A DNA stretch of 64,000 nucleotides from the NCBI GenBank assembly GCA_965279525.1, contig CBDIIB010000005.1:1568001-1632000 (forward strand), in the 5' to 3' direction. The notes beneath the pieces are model-generated. The model saw only the letters and a program-made list of their open reading frames with translations, was not told the origin of the DNA and made no database searches. The stretch comes from Tagaea sp. Lineage in GTDB: Bacteria > Pseudomonadota > Alphaproteobacteria > CACIAM-22H2. Positions within the stretch are counted from its first letter, which is position 1. Each line of letters opens with the position of its first letter. Below are positions 9,185-18,608 of this stretch, one piece after another. The translations under genes were made by a program, and so were the position numbers.

Positions 9185-10801
9185 TCAGGCGTGCGCCTTG
9201 GCATCCTCGAGGATCATCGCCGCGGCCTTCTCGGCGATCATGATCGTCGGCGCGTTGGTGTTGCCCGACGTGATCGTCGGCATGACCGAGGCATCGGCCA
9301 CGCGGCAGCCGGCAAGGCCGCGCAGGGCGAGCCTCGCATCGACCACCGCCATCGCGTCGTCGCCCATCCGGCAGGTGCCCACGGGGTGGAAAATAGTGGT
9401 TCCGATGCGCCCCGCCGCCTTCGCAAGGTCGGCGTCGGTGACGATCTCGGCACCCGGGCGGAACTCCTCGGGCCGGAAGCGCTGCAGGGCCGGGGCCGAA
9501 ACGATTTTCCGCGTGAGCTTGATCGCCTCGGCAGCCACATGCCGGTCGGCTTCGGTCGCAAGATAGTTCGGCCGGATCGCCGGTGGCGCCATCGGATCGG
9601 CCGACTTGACGCGCACCGATCCGCGGCTGGTGGGGCGCAGATTGCAAACCGACGCCGTGAAGGCGGGGAAGGCGTGCAGTGGCTCGCCGAACCGGTCGAG
9701 GCTCAGCGGCTGCACGTGGTATTCGAGATCGGGCGTGGCCATGCGCGGATCGGACTTGGCGAACGCGCCGAGCTGGGACGGCGCCATCGTCAGCGGCCCG
9801 CGCCGGAACAGCGCGTATTCGAGCGCCATGCCGACCTTGCCGAACCACGAATTGGCGCGCTCGTTGAGCGTGTTCGTGCCGCTCACCTTGTAGGCGCAGC
9901 GGATCTGCAGATGGTCCTGCAGGTTCTCGCCCACGCCCGCCAGCGCGTGCGTTACGCCGATGCCGTACGCACCGAGCAAGGCCGGATCGCCGATGCCCGA
10001 CAGCTGCAGGATCTGCGGCGAGCCGATGGCGCCGGCCGCCAGCACGACTTCGCGCGCGGCGCGTGCGTGCGCGGGGCGCCCGTTCAGGTCGAACTCGATG
10101 CCGGTCACGCGGCCTGCCTCGACCGTCAACCGGCGCGCCTGCGCATGCGTGAGCACGCGCAGGTTCGGCCGCCCCATCGCGGGCCGAAGGAAGCCCTTGG
10201 CCGTCGTCCAGCGCACGCCCTTGTTCTGGTTCACCTGGAAATAGGCGCAGCCGTGATTGTCGCCGCGGTTGAAGTCGTCGATCTTCGGGATGCCCGTTTC
10301 GGCCGCCGCGTCGCGGAACGCGTCGAGGATCTCCCACGACAGCCGCATCTCCTCGACGCGGAACTCGCCGCCCTTGCCGTGCAGCGCGTCGTCGAAGCGC
10401 ACGTTGTCTTCCGACTTTCGGAAATAGGGGAGCACGTCGTCCCAGCCCCAGCCCGCGTTGCCGAGCTGGCGCCAGTGGTCGTAGTCGGCCGACTGGCCGC
10501 GCATGTAGATCATGCCGTTGATGGCCGTGCACCCGCCCAGCACCTTGCCGCGCGGATAGCCGAGCGCCCGGTCGCCGAGGCCCGGCTCGACTTCCGTCTT
10601 GAAACACCAATCCACGCGCGGGTTGCCGTGCGTATAGAGATAGCCGATCGGCACGTGGATCCAGACATAGTCGTCGTCGCCGCCCGCCTCGAGCAGCAGC
10701 ACGCGGTTTGCCGGATCGGCCGACAGGCGGTTGGCGAGCACGCAGCCTGCCGAGCCGGCGCCGACCACGACATAGTCGTAGCTGCCCGCGTCCTCGCTCA
10801 T
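9185..10801 (-). CDS. GMC family oxidoreductase (choline dehydrogenase-like)
   Basis: YDYVVVGAGSAGCVLANRLS, RGKVLGG, GENLQDH, HPVGTCRMG, GNTNAPTIMIAEKAA. Confidence 0.93.
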   Translation of the reverse strand: MSEDAGSYDYVVVGAGSAGCVLANRLSADPANRVLLLEAGGDDDYVWIHVPIGYLYTHGNPRVDWCFKTEVEPGLGDRALGYPRGKVLGGCTAINGMIYMRGQSADYDHWRQLGNAGWGWDDVLPYFRKSEDNVRFDDALHGKGGEFRVEEMRLSWEILDAFRDAAAETGIPKIDDFNRGDNHGCAYFQVNQNKGVRWTTAKGFLRPAMGRPNLRVLTHAQARRLTVEAGRVTGIEFDLNGRPAHARAAREVVLAAGAIGSPQILQLSGIGDPALLGAYGIGVTHALAGVGENLQDHLQIRCAYKVSGTNTLNERANSWFGKVGMALEYALFRRGPLTMAPSQLGAFAKSDPRMATPDLEYHVQPLSLDRFGEPLHAFPAFTASVCNLRPTSRGSVRVKSADPMAPPAIRPNYLATEADRHVAAEAIKLTRKIVSAPALQRFRPEEFRPGAEIVTDADLAKAAGRIGTTIFHPVGTCRMGDDAMAVVDARLALRGLAGCRVADASVMPTITSGNTNAPTIMIAEKAAAMILEDAKAHA

Positions 10802-11157
10802 GCGCCGGCCCGGAAACCGAGATAGACCGCCGCAAGGCACAGCACGACCGACAGCACGACATTGGACGCCGCCCCAAGCCAGTCGCCGCGCTGGGCAAGG
10901 TCCAGCGTCTGCAGCGAGAAGGCGGAGAACGTCGTATAGCCGCCGAGCACGCCGGCCATCAGGAACAGGCGCAGCTCCGGACTGGACGGGGCGATCGCCG
11001 CGACATAGCCGATCGCGAAGCTGCCGGTGACGTTGACCAGGATCGTCCACCAGGGCAGGCCCTGCGGGTCGAGCCGGGCGGCAAGCGCCTCCGACACGGC
11101 GTGGCGGCCGACCCCGCCGAGCGCGCTTCCGGCCGCGATCCAAAGATAGATTCCCAT
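10798..11157 (-). CDS. crcB: Fluoride efflux channel CrcB/FluC
   Basis: GSALGGVGR, NVTGSF, GGYTTFSAFS. Confidence 0.92.
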   Translation of the reverse strand: MGIYLWIAAGSALGGVGRHAVSEALAARLDPQGLPWWTILVNVTGSFAIGYVAAIAPSSPELRLFLMAGVLGGYTTFSAFSLQTLDLAQRGDWLGAASNVVLSVVLCLAAVYLGFRAGA

Positions 11158-11230
11158 GCGATTTCCGTCCCTTGGGGCCCCCACTGGCAAGCGGCATTGT
11201 GGCCCGCTAGGTTAAGAGAGTTCAACAGGC

Positions 11231-12040
11231 TTGGAATTGGCGTTGCGCGCACGGCATTTCATCGCGGTCTGGCTGGTCTTCGGCGTTTCCGCCGCCTTCG
11301 CCCAGGGCGGCCCGTCCCACCCGGTTCCCGTCATGGGGCCGGCGGTCGAGAACGTCGCGGCACGCTGCGAGGTGCCGGCCGAAATGCTGCGTCTGCGCCA
11401 TCCGCTGCCGCGCGTCGCCCGGCGTCTGGCGGAAGGAAAGACCCTGACCGTCGTCGCCCTCGGCTCGTCGTCGACCGAAGGTGCGGGCGCTTCGAGCCCC
11501 GCACTCGCCTATCCCGCCCGGCTCGAGGTCGAACTGCACGCGCTGTTCCCGCACATGGCGGTGACGGTCATCAATCGCGGCGTCAGCGGCGAGGAAGCCC
11601 AGCAGATGTACGCGCGCATCGAGCGCGACGTGCTCGCCGCCGAGCCCGACCTGGTGATCTGGCAGGCGGGCGTCAATTCGGCGATCAAGGACGCACCGCT
11701 CGAACAGTTCGCCGAGACGCTTTCGGCGGGCATCGATCGGGTGAAGGAACGCGGCATCGACGTGATGCTGCTGGGGCCCCAGAACGCGCCGCGCTACGTC
11801 AACGCCCCGCACCGGCGCGAATATTCCGATCACCTGATGCTGGTCAGCCGCGTGAAGGAAGTGCCGATCTTTCCGCGCTTTCGCGTGATGAACCACTGGC
11901 AGGCTACGGGCCAGATCGTGGCGAAAGACGCGATCGCGGCCGACCGGCTGCACATGACCGACGCCAGCTACTACTGCATCGCCAACCTGCTCGCGCGGAT
12001 GATCGCGTCGGCAGCGCCCGCTGCTTCAGCGACGCGATAG
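11231..12040 (+). CDS. SGNH/GDSL hydrolase family protein (exported)
   Basis: ALGSSSTEG, NRGVSG, WQAGVN, DRLHM blocks; start uncertain (TTG). Confidence 0.85.
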   Translation: MELALRARHFIAVWLVFGVSAAFAQGGPSHPVPVMGPAVENVAARCEVPAEMLRLRHPLPRVARRLAEGKTLTVVALGSSSTEGAGASSPALAYPARLEVELHALFPHMAVTVINRGVSGEEAQQMYARIERDVLAAEPDLVIWQAGVNSAIKDAPLEQFAETLSAGIDRVKERGIDVMLLGPQNAPRYVNAPHRREYSDHLMLVSRVKEVPIFPRFRVMNHWQATGQIVAKDAIAADRLHMTDASYYCIANLLARMIASAAPAASATR

Positions 12041-12041
12041 T

Positions 12042-13115
12042 TCACGCCTCGTCGAAATCGAGCACGATTTCGGCGCTCGTCGGACGCGACTGGCAGGCGA
12101 GCACGAAGCCCTTGTCCAGTTCCCACGGCTCCAGCGAATAGTTCGCGGCCATCTCGACCTCGCCGGCGCGCTTCAGGCAGCGGCAGGTCGAGCACACGCC
12201 GCCCTTGCAGCTGAAAGGCAGGTCGAGACCGGCTGCAGTTCCCGCATCGAGGATGCTCGGGCCGTCGAAGGGAACCTCGAAGACCTGCCGGATGCCGTCG
12301 CGCACGACGGTGACGCGCGCGGCCCCTTCGCGTCGTGCGATTGAAGGACGGGCGCCGGCAGGCCGCGAAGCCGCATCGGGGGCAAGGAACAGCTCGGCAT
12401 GTACGCGCGATGCCGGCACGCCGAGGCCGGCCAGTGCCGCCTTCACCGTCTCGACCATCGCGAACGGGCCGCACAGATAGAAGCCGTCGGCGGTGGCGGG
12501 ATCGAACAGCGCTTTGGCCAGTGCCCCGATCTTCTCGGCGTCGATCCGGCCGTCGAGCAGGGGCGTGTCCTGTCGTTCGCGGCTCAGCACATGGACCAGC
12601 GACAGCCGCGTCATGTACCGGTTCTTGAGGTCCTCGATTTCCTCGCGGAAGATGATCGAGTCGACCGTGCGGTTGGCATAGACGAGCACGACGCGCGATC
12701 GCGGCTCGCCCGCCAGCACGGCCTTGGCGATAGAGATCACCGGCGTGATTCCGCTGCCGGCGGCGACCAGCACGTGAACGCGCGCGCAGGCCGCATCGAT
12801 CGCCGGGCCGAAATTTCCTTCGGGCGTACCGACCGCGATCCGGTCGCCGGCTTTCAGTTTCGCGTTGGCAAAAGTCGAGAAGGTGCCGTCTTCCACGCGC
12901 TTGACCGCGACGCGCAGCTCGTTCTCGTGGGGTGCCGAACAGATCGAATAGGAGCGCCGCTCTTCTTTGCCGTCGACCCCGGCCTTCAGAGTCAGATACT
13001 GACCGGGCGCGAAGCGGTAGGAAGCGGCCAGTTCCGGCGGCACGCGAAAGGCCAGGGAGACGCAGTCGGCGGTCTCGCGGCGGACATCGGCGATTTCGAG
13101 TTCGTGGAATTCCAT
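12042..13115 (-). CDS. paaE: Phenylacetyl-CoA epoxidase reductase subunit
   Basis: RRSYSIC, AAGSGITP, C-terminal 2Fe-2S CKGGVCSTC...LACQ; in paa cluster. Confidence 0.93.
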   Translation of the reverse strand: MEFHELEIADVRRETADCVSLAFRVPPELAASYRFAPGQYLTLKAGVDGKEERRSYSICSAPHENELRVAVKRVEDGTFSTFANAKLKAGDRIAVGTPEGNFGPAIDAACARVHVLVAAGSGITPVISIAKAVLAGEPRSRVVLVYANRTVDSIIFREEIEDLKNRYMTRLSLVHVLSRERQDTPLLDGRIDAEKIGALAKALFDPATADGFYLCGPFAMVETVKAALAGLGVPASRVHAELFLAPDAASRPAGARPSIARREGAARVTVVRDGIRQVFEVPFDGPSILDAGTAAGLDLPFSCKGGVCSTCRCLKRAGEVEMAANYSLEPWELDKGFVLACQSRPTSAEIVLDFDEA

Positions 13116-13630
13116 CAGATGCACTTGAAGTATTCGAAAGGCTCGGCGCACGCGTTGCAGGCGTAAAGCGCCTTGCACGCGGTCGAGCCGAACTGGCTGG
13201 TCTTGCGCGTGTCGCGGGAGCCGCAGCGCGGGCAGGCGATGGCGGGATCCGGTGCGAACAGGGCATCGCGCATCGCAGCTGCCTTGCCGGCGGGCGGGGC
13301 GATGCCGTAGGCGGCCAGGCGCGCGCGTGCGTCGGCGCCGATCCAGTCGCTTGTCCAGGCGGGCGCGTTGACGAGCGTGATGTCCGGCCGGCCAAGACCG
13401 GCCGCCTCGATCGCGGTCTCGACATCGAGACGGATCGCGGCGGTCGCAGGACAGCCGGTATAGGTCGGCGTCAGGTCGATGGCGAGCCGACCTGTCTGCG
13501 CGCGCACCGCGCGCACGATACCGAGATCGACGACGGACAGGACCGGCACTTCGGGGTCCATCACGCGTGCGAGCACGTCCCATGCGCGTGCGATGCGTGG
13601 ATCTTCAAGAGCGGCATCCTCGATCACCAT
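13115..13630 (-). CDS. paaD: Phenylacetyl-CoA epoxidase subunit D
   Basis: DPEVPVLSVVDLG, TPTYTGCPA, CPRCGS, FGSTACKAL, EPFEYFKCI. Confidence 0.93.
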   Translation of the reverse strand: MVIEDAALEDPRIARAWDVLARVMDPEVPVLSVVDLGIVRAVRAQTGRLAIDLTPTYTGCPATAAIRLDVETAIEAAGLGRPDITLVNAPAWTSDWIGADARARLAAYGIAPPAGKAAAMRDALFAPDPAIACPRCGSRDTRKTSQFGSTACKALYACNACAEPFEYFKCI

Positions 13631-14382
13631 TTTGACCCCGGATAGGCGCGCGGCAGGAATTGCATGGTGGCGAGAAGATGACCGAGCTCCTCGCCGTGCC
13701 GGCCCTTGAATCCGCCGGTCTGCATCCAGCCGGAGGCCGGCTGCACGAGCGTGGCCTGTGCCAGCACGTCGTCGACCGTCCGCGACCATGCCGCCCGAAT
13801 CGGCGCCATGTCGGGCGCCACGCCCGCATCGACCAGCATGCGCGCGGTCGCGTCGGTCTCGAACATCTCGCCGGTGAAGGGCCAGAACAAGTCGAGGGCG
13901 GCTTGCGCGCGCGCGTGGCTTTCGTGCGTGCCGTCGCCCAGCCGCACGACCCATTCGCCCGAATGGCGCAGGTGGTAGCGCGCTTCCTTGACGCCTTTGG
14001 CGGCGATGCCGGCGAGTTCGGCGTCGGACGAAGCGGCCAGCCCGGCGTACATCTCGACCTGCCAGGCGTCGAACAGGAACTGGCGCATGATCGTGTGCGC
14101 GTAGTCGCCATTGGACCGCTCGCAGAGCAGCAGGTTGCGGAAATCCCACGCGTCGCGCAGGAACGCGAGCGCGTCGGCGTCGCGCCCCTGGTTTTCGATA
14201 CGCCCGGCGTAGCCCAGCAGCGCGTCCGCCTGCCCGGTCAGGTCGAGGGCGATGTTGGCGAGCGCGATATCCTCTTCCAGCTCGGGCGCGTGCCCGCACC
14301 ACTCGGACACGCGATGGCCCAGCACGAGGCACGAATCCCCGAGCCGCAGCAGGTATTCGAACAGGGCTGCGCGTTCGTCCAT
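13624..14382 (-). CDS. paaC: Phenylacetyl-CoA epoxidase subunit C
   Basis: EWCGHAPELEEDIALANIALDL, KEARYH, RAYPGSKW. Confidence 0.95.
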   Translation of the reverse strand: MDERAALFEYLLRLGDSCLVLGHRVSEWCGHAPELEEDIALANIALDLTGQADALLGYAGRIENQGRDADALAFLRDAWDFRNLLLCERSNGDYAHTIMRQFLFDAWQVEMYAGLAASSDAELAGIAAKGVKEARYHLRHSGEWVVRLGDGTHESHARAQAALDLFWPFTGEMFETDATARMLVDAGVAPDMAPIRAAWSRTVDDVLAQATLVQPASGWMQTGGFKGRHGEELGHLLATMQFLPRAYPGSKW

Positions 14383-14384
14383 CG

Positions 14385-14681
14385 TCAGATGTTCTTCACG
14401 TCGGGCGGGATTTCGTAGAAGGTCGGATGGCGATAGACCTTCGAGACCATCGGCTCGAACAGGCTGTCCTTCTGCGCCGGATCGGACGCGACGATGTCGC
14501 CCGAGCGCACGACCCACACGCTGACGCCCTCGGCGCGCCGGCAATAGACGTCGCGGGCCATCTCGACGGCCATCGTGCCGTCGATCGCGTGCAGCGAGCC
14601 GACATGCCGGTGGGCAAGGCCGTTGCGCGAACGCACGAACACCTCGTAGAGCGGCCAGTCGGTCCGGATCGTTTCGCTCAT
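14385..14681 (-). CDS. paaB: Phenylacetyl-CoA epoxidase subunit B
   Basis: WPLYEVFVR, HVGSLHA, ARDVYCRRAEG, KVYRHPTFY. Confidence 0.95.
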   Translation of the reverse strand: MSETIRTDWPLYEVFVRSRNGLAHRHVGSLHAIDGTMAVEMARDVYCRRAEGVSVWVVRSGDIVASDPAQKDSLFEPMVSKVYRHPTFYEIPPDVKNI

Positions 14682-14686
14682 CGGTC

Positions 14687-15691
14687 TCACTCCGCTGCCT
14701 TGGGCGCGCTTCGGCGGGCACGCTTGGCCGCGAAGGCCGCAGCCGCCTCGCGCACCCATGCGCCCTCGTCGTGCGCCTTGCGCCGTGCGGCAAGCCTGTC
14801 GCGGTTGCATGGGCCGTCGCCGGCGACCACGCGGTTGAACTCGGCCCAGTCGATGGGACCGTGGTTCCAGCGGCCGGAGCCTTCGTCGAACGCAAGCGCC
14901 GGATCGGGAAAGGTGAGGCCGAGGAAGTGGCCCTGCGGCACCGTGACGTCGACGAACTTCTGCCGCAGCTCGTCGTTCGACACGCGCTTGATCTTCCACG
15001 CGGCGTTCTGCGACGAGTGAATCGAATCCTTGTCCGACGGCCCGAACATCATCAGCGCGGGCCACCACCAGCGGTCCAGCGCGTCCTGCGCCATGCGCTT
15101 TTGCGCGGGCGTGCCTTGCGCGAGCTTGAGCATGAGTTCGTAGCCCTGGCGCTGGTGGAAGCTTTCTTCCCGGCAGATGCGGACCATCGCGCGCGCATAG
15201 GGGCCATAAGAGCAGCGGCAGAGCGGCACCTGGTTCATGATCGCGGCCCCGTCGACGAGCCAGCCGATCGCGCCGATGTCGGCCCAGCTCAGCGCGGGAT
15301 AGTTGAAGATCGACGAATACTTCGCCTTGCCGGCAAGCAGCTGGCCGACAAGTTCGGATCGCGCCACGCCCAGCGTCTCGGCGGCGGAATAGAGATAGAG
15401 GCCATGGCCACCTTCGTCCTGCACCTTGGCGAGCAGGATCATCTTGCGGCGCAGGCTGGGTGCGCGCGTGATCCAGTTGCCCTCCGGCAGCATGCCGACG
15501 ATTTCCGAATGCGCGTGCTGCGAGATCTGGCGAACGAGCGTGCGCCGATAGCCCTGCGGCATCCAGTCGTTGGGCTCGATCTTCTCCTCGCGGTCGACGC
15601 GCGCCTGGAAGGCGGCGAGGGCGGCGGGATCGTCGGCAGGTGCCGGTGCGCCGCGCGCGTCGCCGCGCGGGTCGAGGCCTTGGGTATACAT
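14687..15691 (-). CDS. paaA: Phenylacetyl-CoA epoxidase subunit A
   Basis: [39 protein letters not shown]. Confidence 0.96.
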   Translation of the reverse strand: MYTQGLDPRGDARGAPAPADDPAALAAFQARVDREEKIEPNDWMPQGYRRTLVRQISQHAHSEIVGMLPEGNWITRAPSLRRKMILLAKVQDEGGHGLYLYSAAETLGVARSELVGQLLAGKAKYSSIFNYPALSWADIGAIGWLVDGAAIMNQVPLCRCSYGPYARAMVRICREESFHQRQGYELMLKLAQGTPAQKRMAQDALDRWWWPALMMFGPSDKDSIHSSQNAAWKIKRVSNDELRQKFVDVTVPQGHFLGLTFPDPALAFDEGSGRWNHGPIDWAEFNRVVAGDGPCNRDRLAARRKAHDEGAWVREAAAAFAAKRARRSAPKAAE

Positions 15692-15722
15692 GCGCGTTCC
15701 TCCCGTCGGGCGAGCGTCAATA

Positions 15723-15762
15723 TGTCACAAAATCTATCTCTTCGTAACAGTTTTACGTGACA
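15723..15762. promoter_or_regulatory. Candidate PaaX operator upstream of paaA
   Basis: Inverted repeat TGTCAC-N28-GTGACA in an AT-rich patch overlapping the paaX stop codon. Confidence 0.5.
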
Positions 15763-16651
15763 CATCGCCGGCAAAACGGCGTTTCGACCCGGACGCAGGC
15801 GGCAGCAGTTTGCCTTTCGAATCCAGCAGATTGCGGCTGATCCAGGCGTCGGCAGCCGGCCGCAGTGCCCGATAGAGTTCGCCCGCGAAACGCCGTGCGG
15901 CCCCGCCGACCCAGTCGCGCGGCAGGAGCTCGCCCGGCAGGCCCGGGTCGCGCAGGGCAAGGCGCCGGAACGCATGGATCAGGCGAACGCGCCCCTCGAC
16001 CGCCGCCTCCCCGGCAAGGCCCTTGCGGGCCGCGCGAGCAAGCGGTGCGAACGCGTCGATGAAATCGCGATAACCGCGCCCAAGTGCGATGAGGTCCCAA
16101 CCCTGCCGGACAAGTGCCTGCGCCGCGGCGCCGTCGGTTCCCGGCCCTTCGACGATCAGCGGGCGCAGCGGGCGGGGAAGATCGGCCAACAGCGAGGCGA
16201 GTGCGGCCGGGTCGGGGCTCGGATGCAGCAGCGTCTGCGGGCCGATGGTGCCAAAGCCGAGCCACGAGAGCGGCCGGCGGACCCGTTCGCGCTCGCCTGG
16301 CGCAAGCTCGGGCAGTAGCGCCACGCACCAGCGCCCGTTCCACGCGCGCGGCCGGGCGGCATAGATGCGCGTCTCCGCTTCGCGCGTGCGCTTGAGGCCG
16401 GACGCCGACAGCGCATAGAAGGCATGCCGTCCGATGCGCTCGGACACGAGCCAGTCTTCCGCGACCAGCCGCGAAAGTGCCGTGCGCAGCTGGCTGTCGT
16501 TGACGGCGAACGGGGCGAGGACGCGCGCGAGCCCGGCATAGGCGACCTCGCCGCCACGCGGGGCGACGATGTCGCCGAACACGGTGACGATCAGCGAGCC
16601 TGCGCGGATCGGTACGGGCTCGCGTGTCGCGTTGTTCCGCCGGATTGCCAT
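15734..16651 (-). CDS. paaX: Phenylacetic acid degradation repressor PaaX
   Basis: SLIVTVFGD, RTALSRL, WNGRW, WLGFG, LRDPGLPGELLPRDW. Confidence 0.92.
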   Translation of the reverse strand: MAIRRNNATREPVPIRAGSLIVTVFGDIVAPRGGEVAYAGLARVLAPFAVNDSQLRTALSRLVAEDWLVSERIGRHAFYALSASGLKRTREAETRIYAARPRAWNGRWCVALLPELAPGERERVRRPLSWLGFGTIGPQTLLHPSPDPAALASLLADLPRPLRPLIVEGPGTDGAAAQALVRQGWDLIALGRGYRDFIDAFAPLARAARKGLAGEAAVEGRVRLIHAFRRLALRDPGLPGELLPRDWVGGAARRFAGELYRALRPAADAWISRNLLDSKGKLLPPASGSKRRFAGDVSRKTVTKR

Positions 16652-16702
16652 GCTGGGCCCGAGCCTAGGCGAGCAGCGCCTGGAAATCGACCGCGATCGC
16701 GC

Positions 16703-17218
16703 CTAGATCGGATCGCGGTGCGCCGGTTCCGGTTCGGGCGACGCGGCGGGCAGCGCTTCGAGCCGCTCGGCCAGGTCGGCCTTTAGCGCGCGCATGGCGT
16801 CCTGGAGGTCGAGGGCGGCCGGACGCAGCCCGCGCGCCGACGGCCGCGACATCGTGGCGAGAACCGTTCCGTCGCGCGGATCGACGACGGCCACCGATGG
16901 ATGCACCGCACCGTCCCAGCGGAACGACAGGCGAAGGCGGAACACCTCGCTGCCGTCGGGGTCCGCCAGCACGCGCTCGAAGAGGTTCGACATGTCGGCG
17001 ATGGCGCGACGCGCCATTGGCACGAAGAAGCCGTTGGCTTTCAGGGACTCGTTTCCCGGCGCATCGACCTGTGCGGGTTCGAACGCGACGGTCGCGCCGA
17101 TCGTGCGCGCGGGCGGCGTCGGCGCGTAGTCGGTCCACGTCCATTCGTAGTCCGAAGGCGCGCCGGCTGCAGGCAGGGCGGCGAGGGCCAACAGTGCCGC
17201 GAGCAGTCGCCGGCGCAT
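16703..17218 (-). CDS. Exported hypothetical protein ending in HRDPI
   Basis: Signal peptide MRRRLLAALLALAALPAAGA; start overlaps stop of upstream TPR gene (TGATG). Confidence 0.7.
   Translation of the reverse strand: MRRRLLAALLALAALPAAGAPSDYEWTWTDYAPTPPARTIGATVAFEPAQVDAPGNESLKANGFFVPMARRAIADMSNLFERVLADPDGSEVFRLRLSFRWDGAVHPSVAVVDPRDGTVLATMSRPSARGLRPAALDLQDAMRALKADLAERLEALPAASPEPEPAHRDPI
16705..16726 (+). repeat. Left copy of a 22-bp imperfect inverted repeat (partner 19128-19149)
   Basis: AGATCGGATCGCGGTGCGCCGG versus reverse complement of 19128-19149 AGATCGGATCGCGATGCGACGG, 20/22 identical. Confidence 0.8.
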
Positions 17219-18495
17219 CAGTTGCGCAGGCGTGCGAGTGCGCGCGCGGATTCGACGGCGACCGCTACCAGCGCGCTGCCGCTGTCTTTCGGTGGCCGGC
17301 CCTTGGCAGCTTCGATTGCCCCGGCGGTGTCGGACAGGACCGGGTTCTCGTCGAACTCGTGCGCGACCGAGGCCCAGTGGTGGATCTCCGCGCGCCGCAG
17401 GTCGCCGCGGATCGCGGCGATGTCGCGCAAGGTCCGGTCGCGGTGTACGCCGTTGGGCAGGCCGGCGACTGCGGTGGCCGGCGCGAGGTCCGGCGCTAGG
17501 ACGGCGCGGCCGACGGCAACGAGAGCCTGCACGGTCAGACGTTCGCCCGGCGCATCGATGCGGGCGAGGGCCGCCTGCGCGGCCTCGAGCAGCCGCTCCG
17601 CGCCCGCCCGGTCACCGGCGCGCGCCGTCACCTGCGCCACCGCGGCCGAGCCGATCGCGCGCGGGCCTGCCTGCTTCTCGTCGATCCGCGCGAGGGCGGC
17701 GGTCGCCCCCTCGATATCGCCGGCGCGCGCCTGCACGACCGCGATGCGCGAACTTGCATAGGCGGCTTCGGCCGGCACGCGGATGTCGCCGACCAGGGCG
17801 AGGGCGGCGGTGGCGCTGCCGGCCTTTGCCTGTTCGACCGCCACCTCGCCCAACGCCCACGAACGTATTTGCGGCGATTCGAGGCGCCGCGCTTCGGCGG
17901 CAGCACCGGCGAAGTCGCCGCGCCGCGCCAGTGCTGCGGCGAAATGGGCGCCGGTCCAGCCGCCGCGCGGGCCGGGCGGCAGGCGCATCTCGGCGCGGCG
18001 CGCAGCAGCGATGTCGTCGAACTCGGCATGGCCGCGCACGAGGCTTGCAACCAGCGCGGCCTTCTCGGCCGGGGTCGGCACCTCGTCGACGATGCGTGCG
18101 ACCGCGTCGAGCATCTGCTGGGTGCGGATCTCGATCGCCGACTCGAGTTCGCCGACGCGGTCGCGCACCTGACGGGCGTTGGCGGCACCGGGTGCGGCGG
18201 CGAGATAGGCGCGTAGCCAAGCACCCGCGATCGCCTCGCGCCCCCCCATCCGGTCGAAGGCGAGGCCGAGATTGAGCAGGACCGCCGGATTGTCGGGCGC
18301 GCCTTCCCGCGCGAGACGGAAGTAGCGGATCGCCAGCGACCATTGCGACTGGCGCGCCAGCGTCACGCCGCGCTCGACATTGGCTGTCACCGCCGCCGGG
18401 ACGGCGGCGTCCTGGGCGCGCGCGGGACTGGTGGGCGCGCCCGCGACGACCGCCGCGAGCAGCAATATGACGACGCGATGCCGGCGTTTCATCAT
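17218..18495 (-). CDS. Exported TPR / alpha-helical repeat protein
   Basis: Signal peptide ending ARA-Q; TPR (LAIRYFRLAREGAPDNPAVLLNLGLAF); about 33-35 aa repeats of type A..QA+AGD...A...I. Confidence 0.8.
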   Translation of the reverse strand: MMKRRHRVVILLLAAVVAGAPTSPARAQDAAVPAAVTANVERGVTLARQSQWSLAIRYFRLAREGAPDNPAVLLNLGLAFDRMGGREAIAGAWLRAYLAAAPGAANARQVRDRVGELESAIEIRTQQMLDAVARIVDEVPTPAEKAALVASLVRGHAEFDDIAAARRAEMRLPPGPRGGWTGAHFAAALARRGDFAGAAAEARRLESPQIRSWALGEVAVEQAKAGSATAALALVGDIRVPAEAAYASSRIAVVQARAGDIEGATAALARIDEKQAGPRAIGSAAVAQVTARAGDRAGAERLLEAAQAALARIDAPGERLTVQALVAVGRAVLAPDLAPATAVAGLPNGVHRDRTLRDIAAIRGDLRRAEIHHWASVAHEFDENPVLSDTAGAIEAAKGRPPKDSGSALVAVAVESARALARLRN

Positions 18496-18608
18496 GGGCC
18501 CCTCCCGACGTCCGTGCGGTTAACGGCGTGGCGATCGAGCGCGACTATGATATTATATGCGGCGTACTTGTTGAACGCTGAATCCCGGCTCCGATCGGAG
18601 AGCGTTCC

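Noticed and set aside
11158-11230. Fluoride riboswitch upstream of crcB
   Set aside because: The GGCGATGG...CGCC/TGATG core is not present
11232-11246. Sigma54-like TGGAAT-N5-TTGC at the start of the SGNH gene
   Set aside because: It overlaps the likely signal peptide coding region; probably coincidental
12042-15068. Long fused paa ORFs in the ORF track (513, 405, 423 and 227 aa)
   Set aside because: Upstream extensions are read-through of open frames; the real starts are downstream ATGs matching PaaE/D/C/B N-termini
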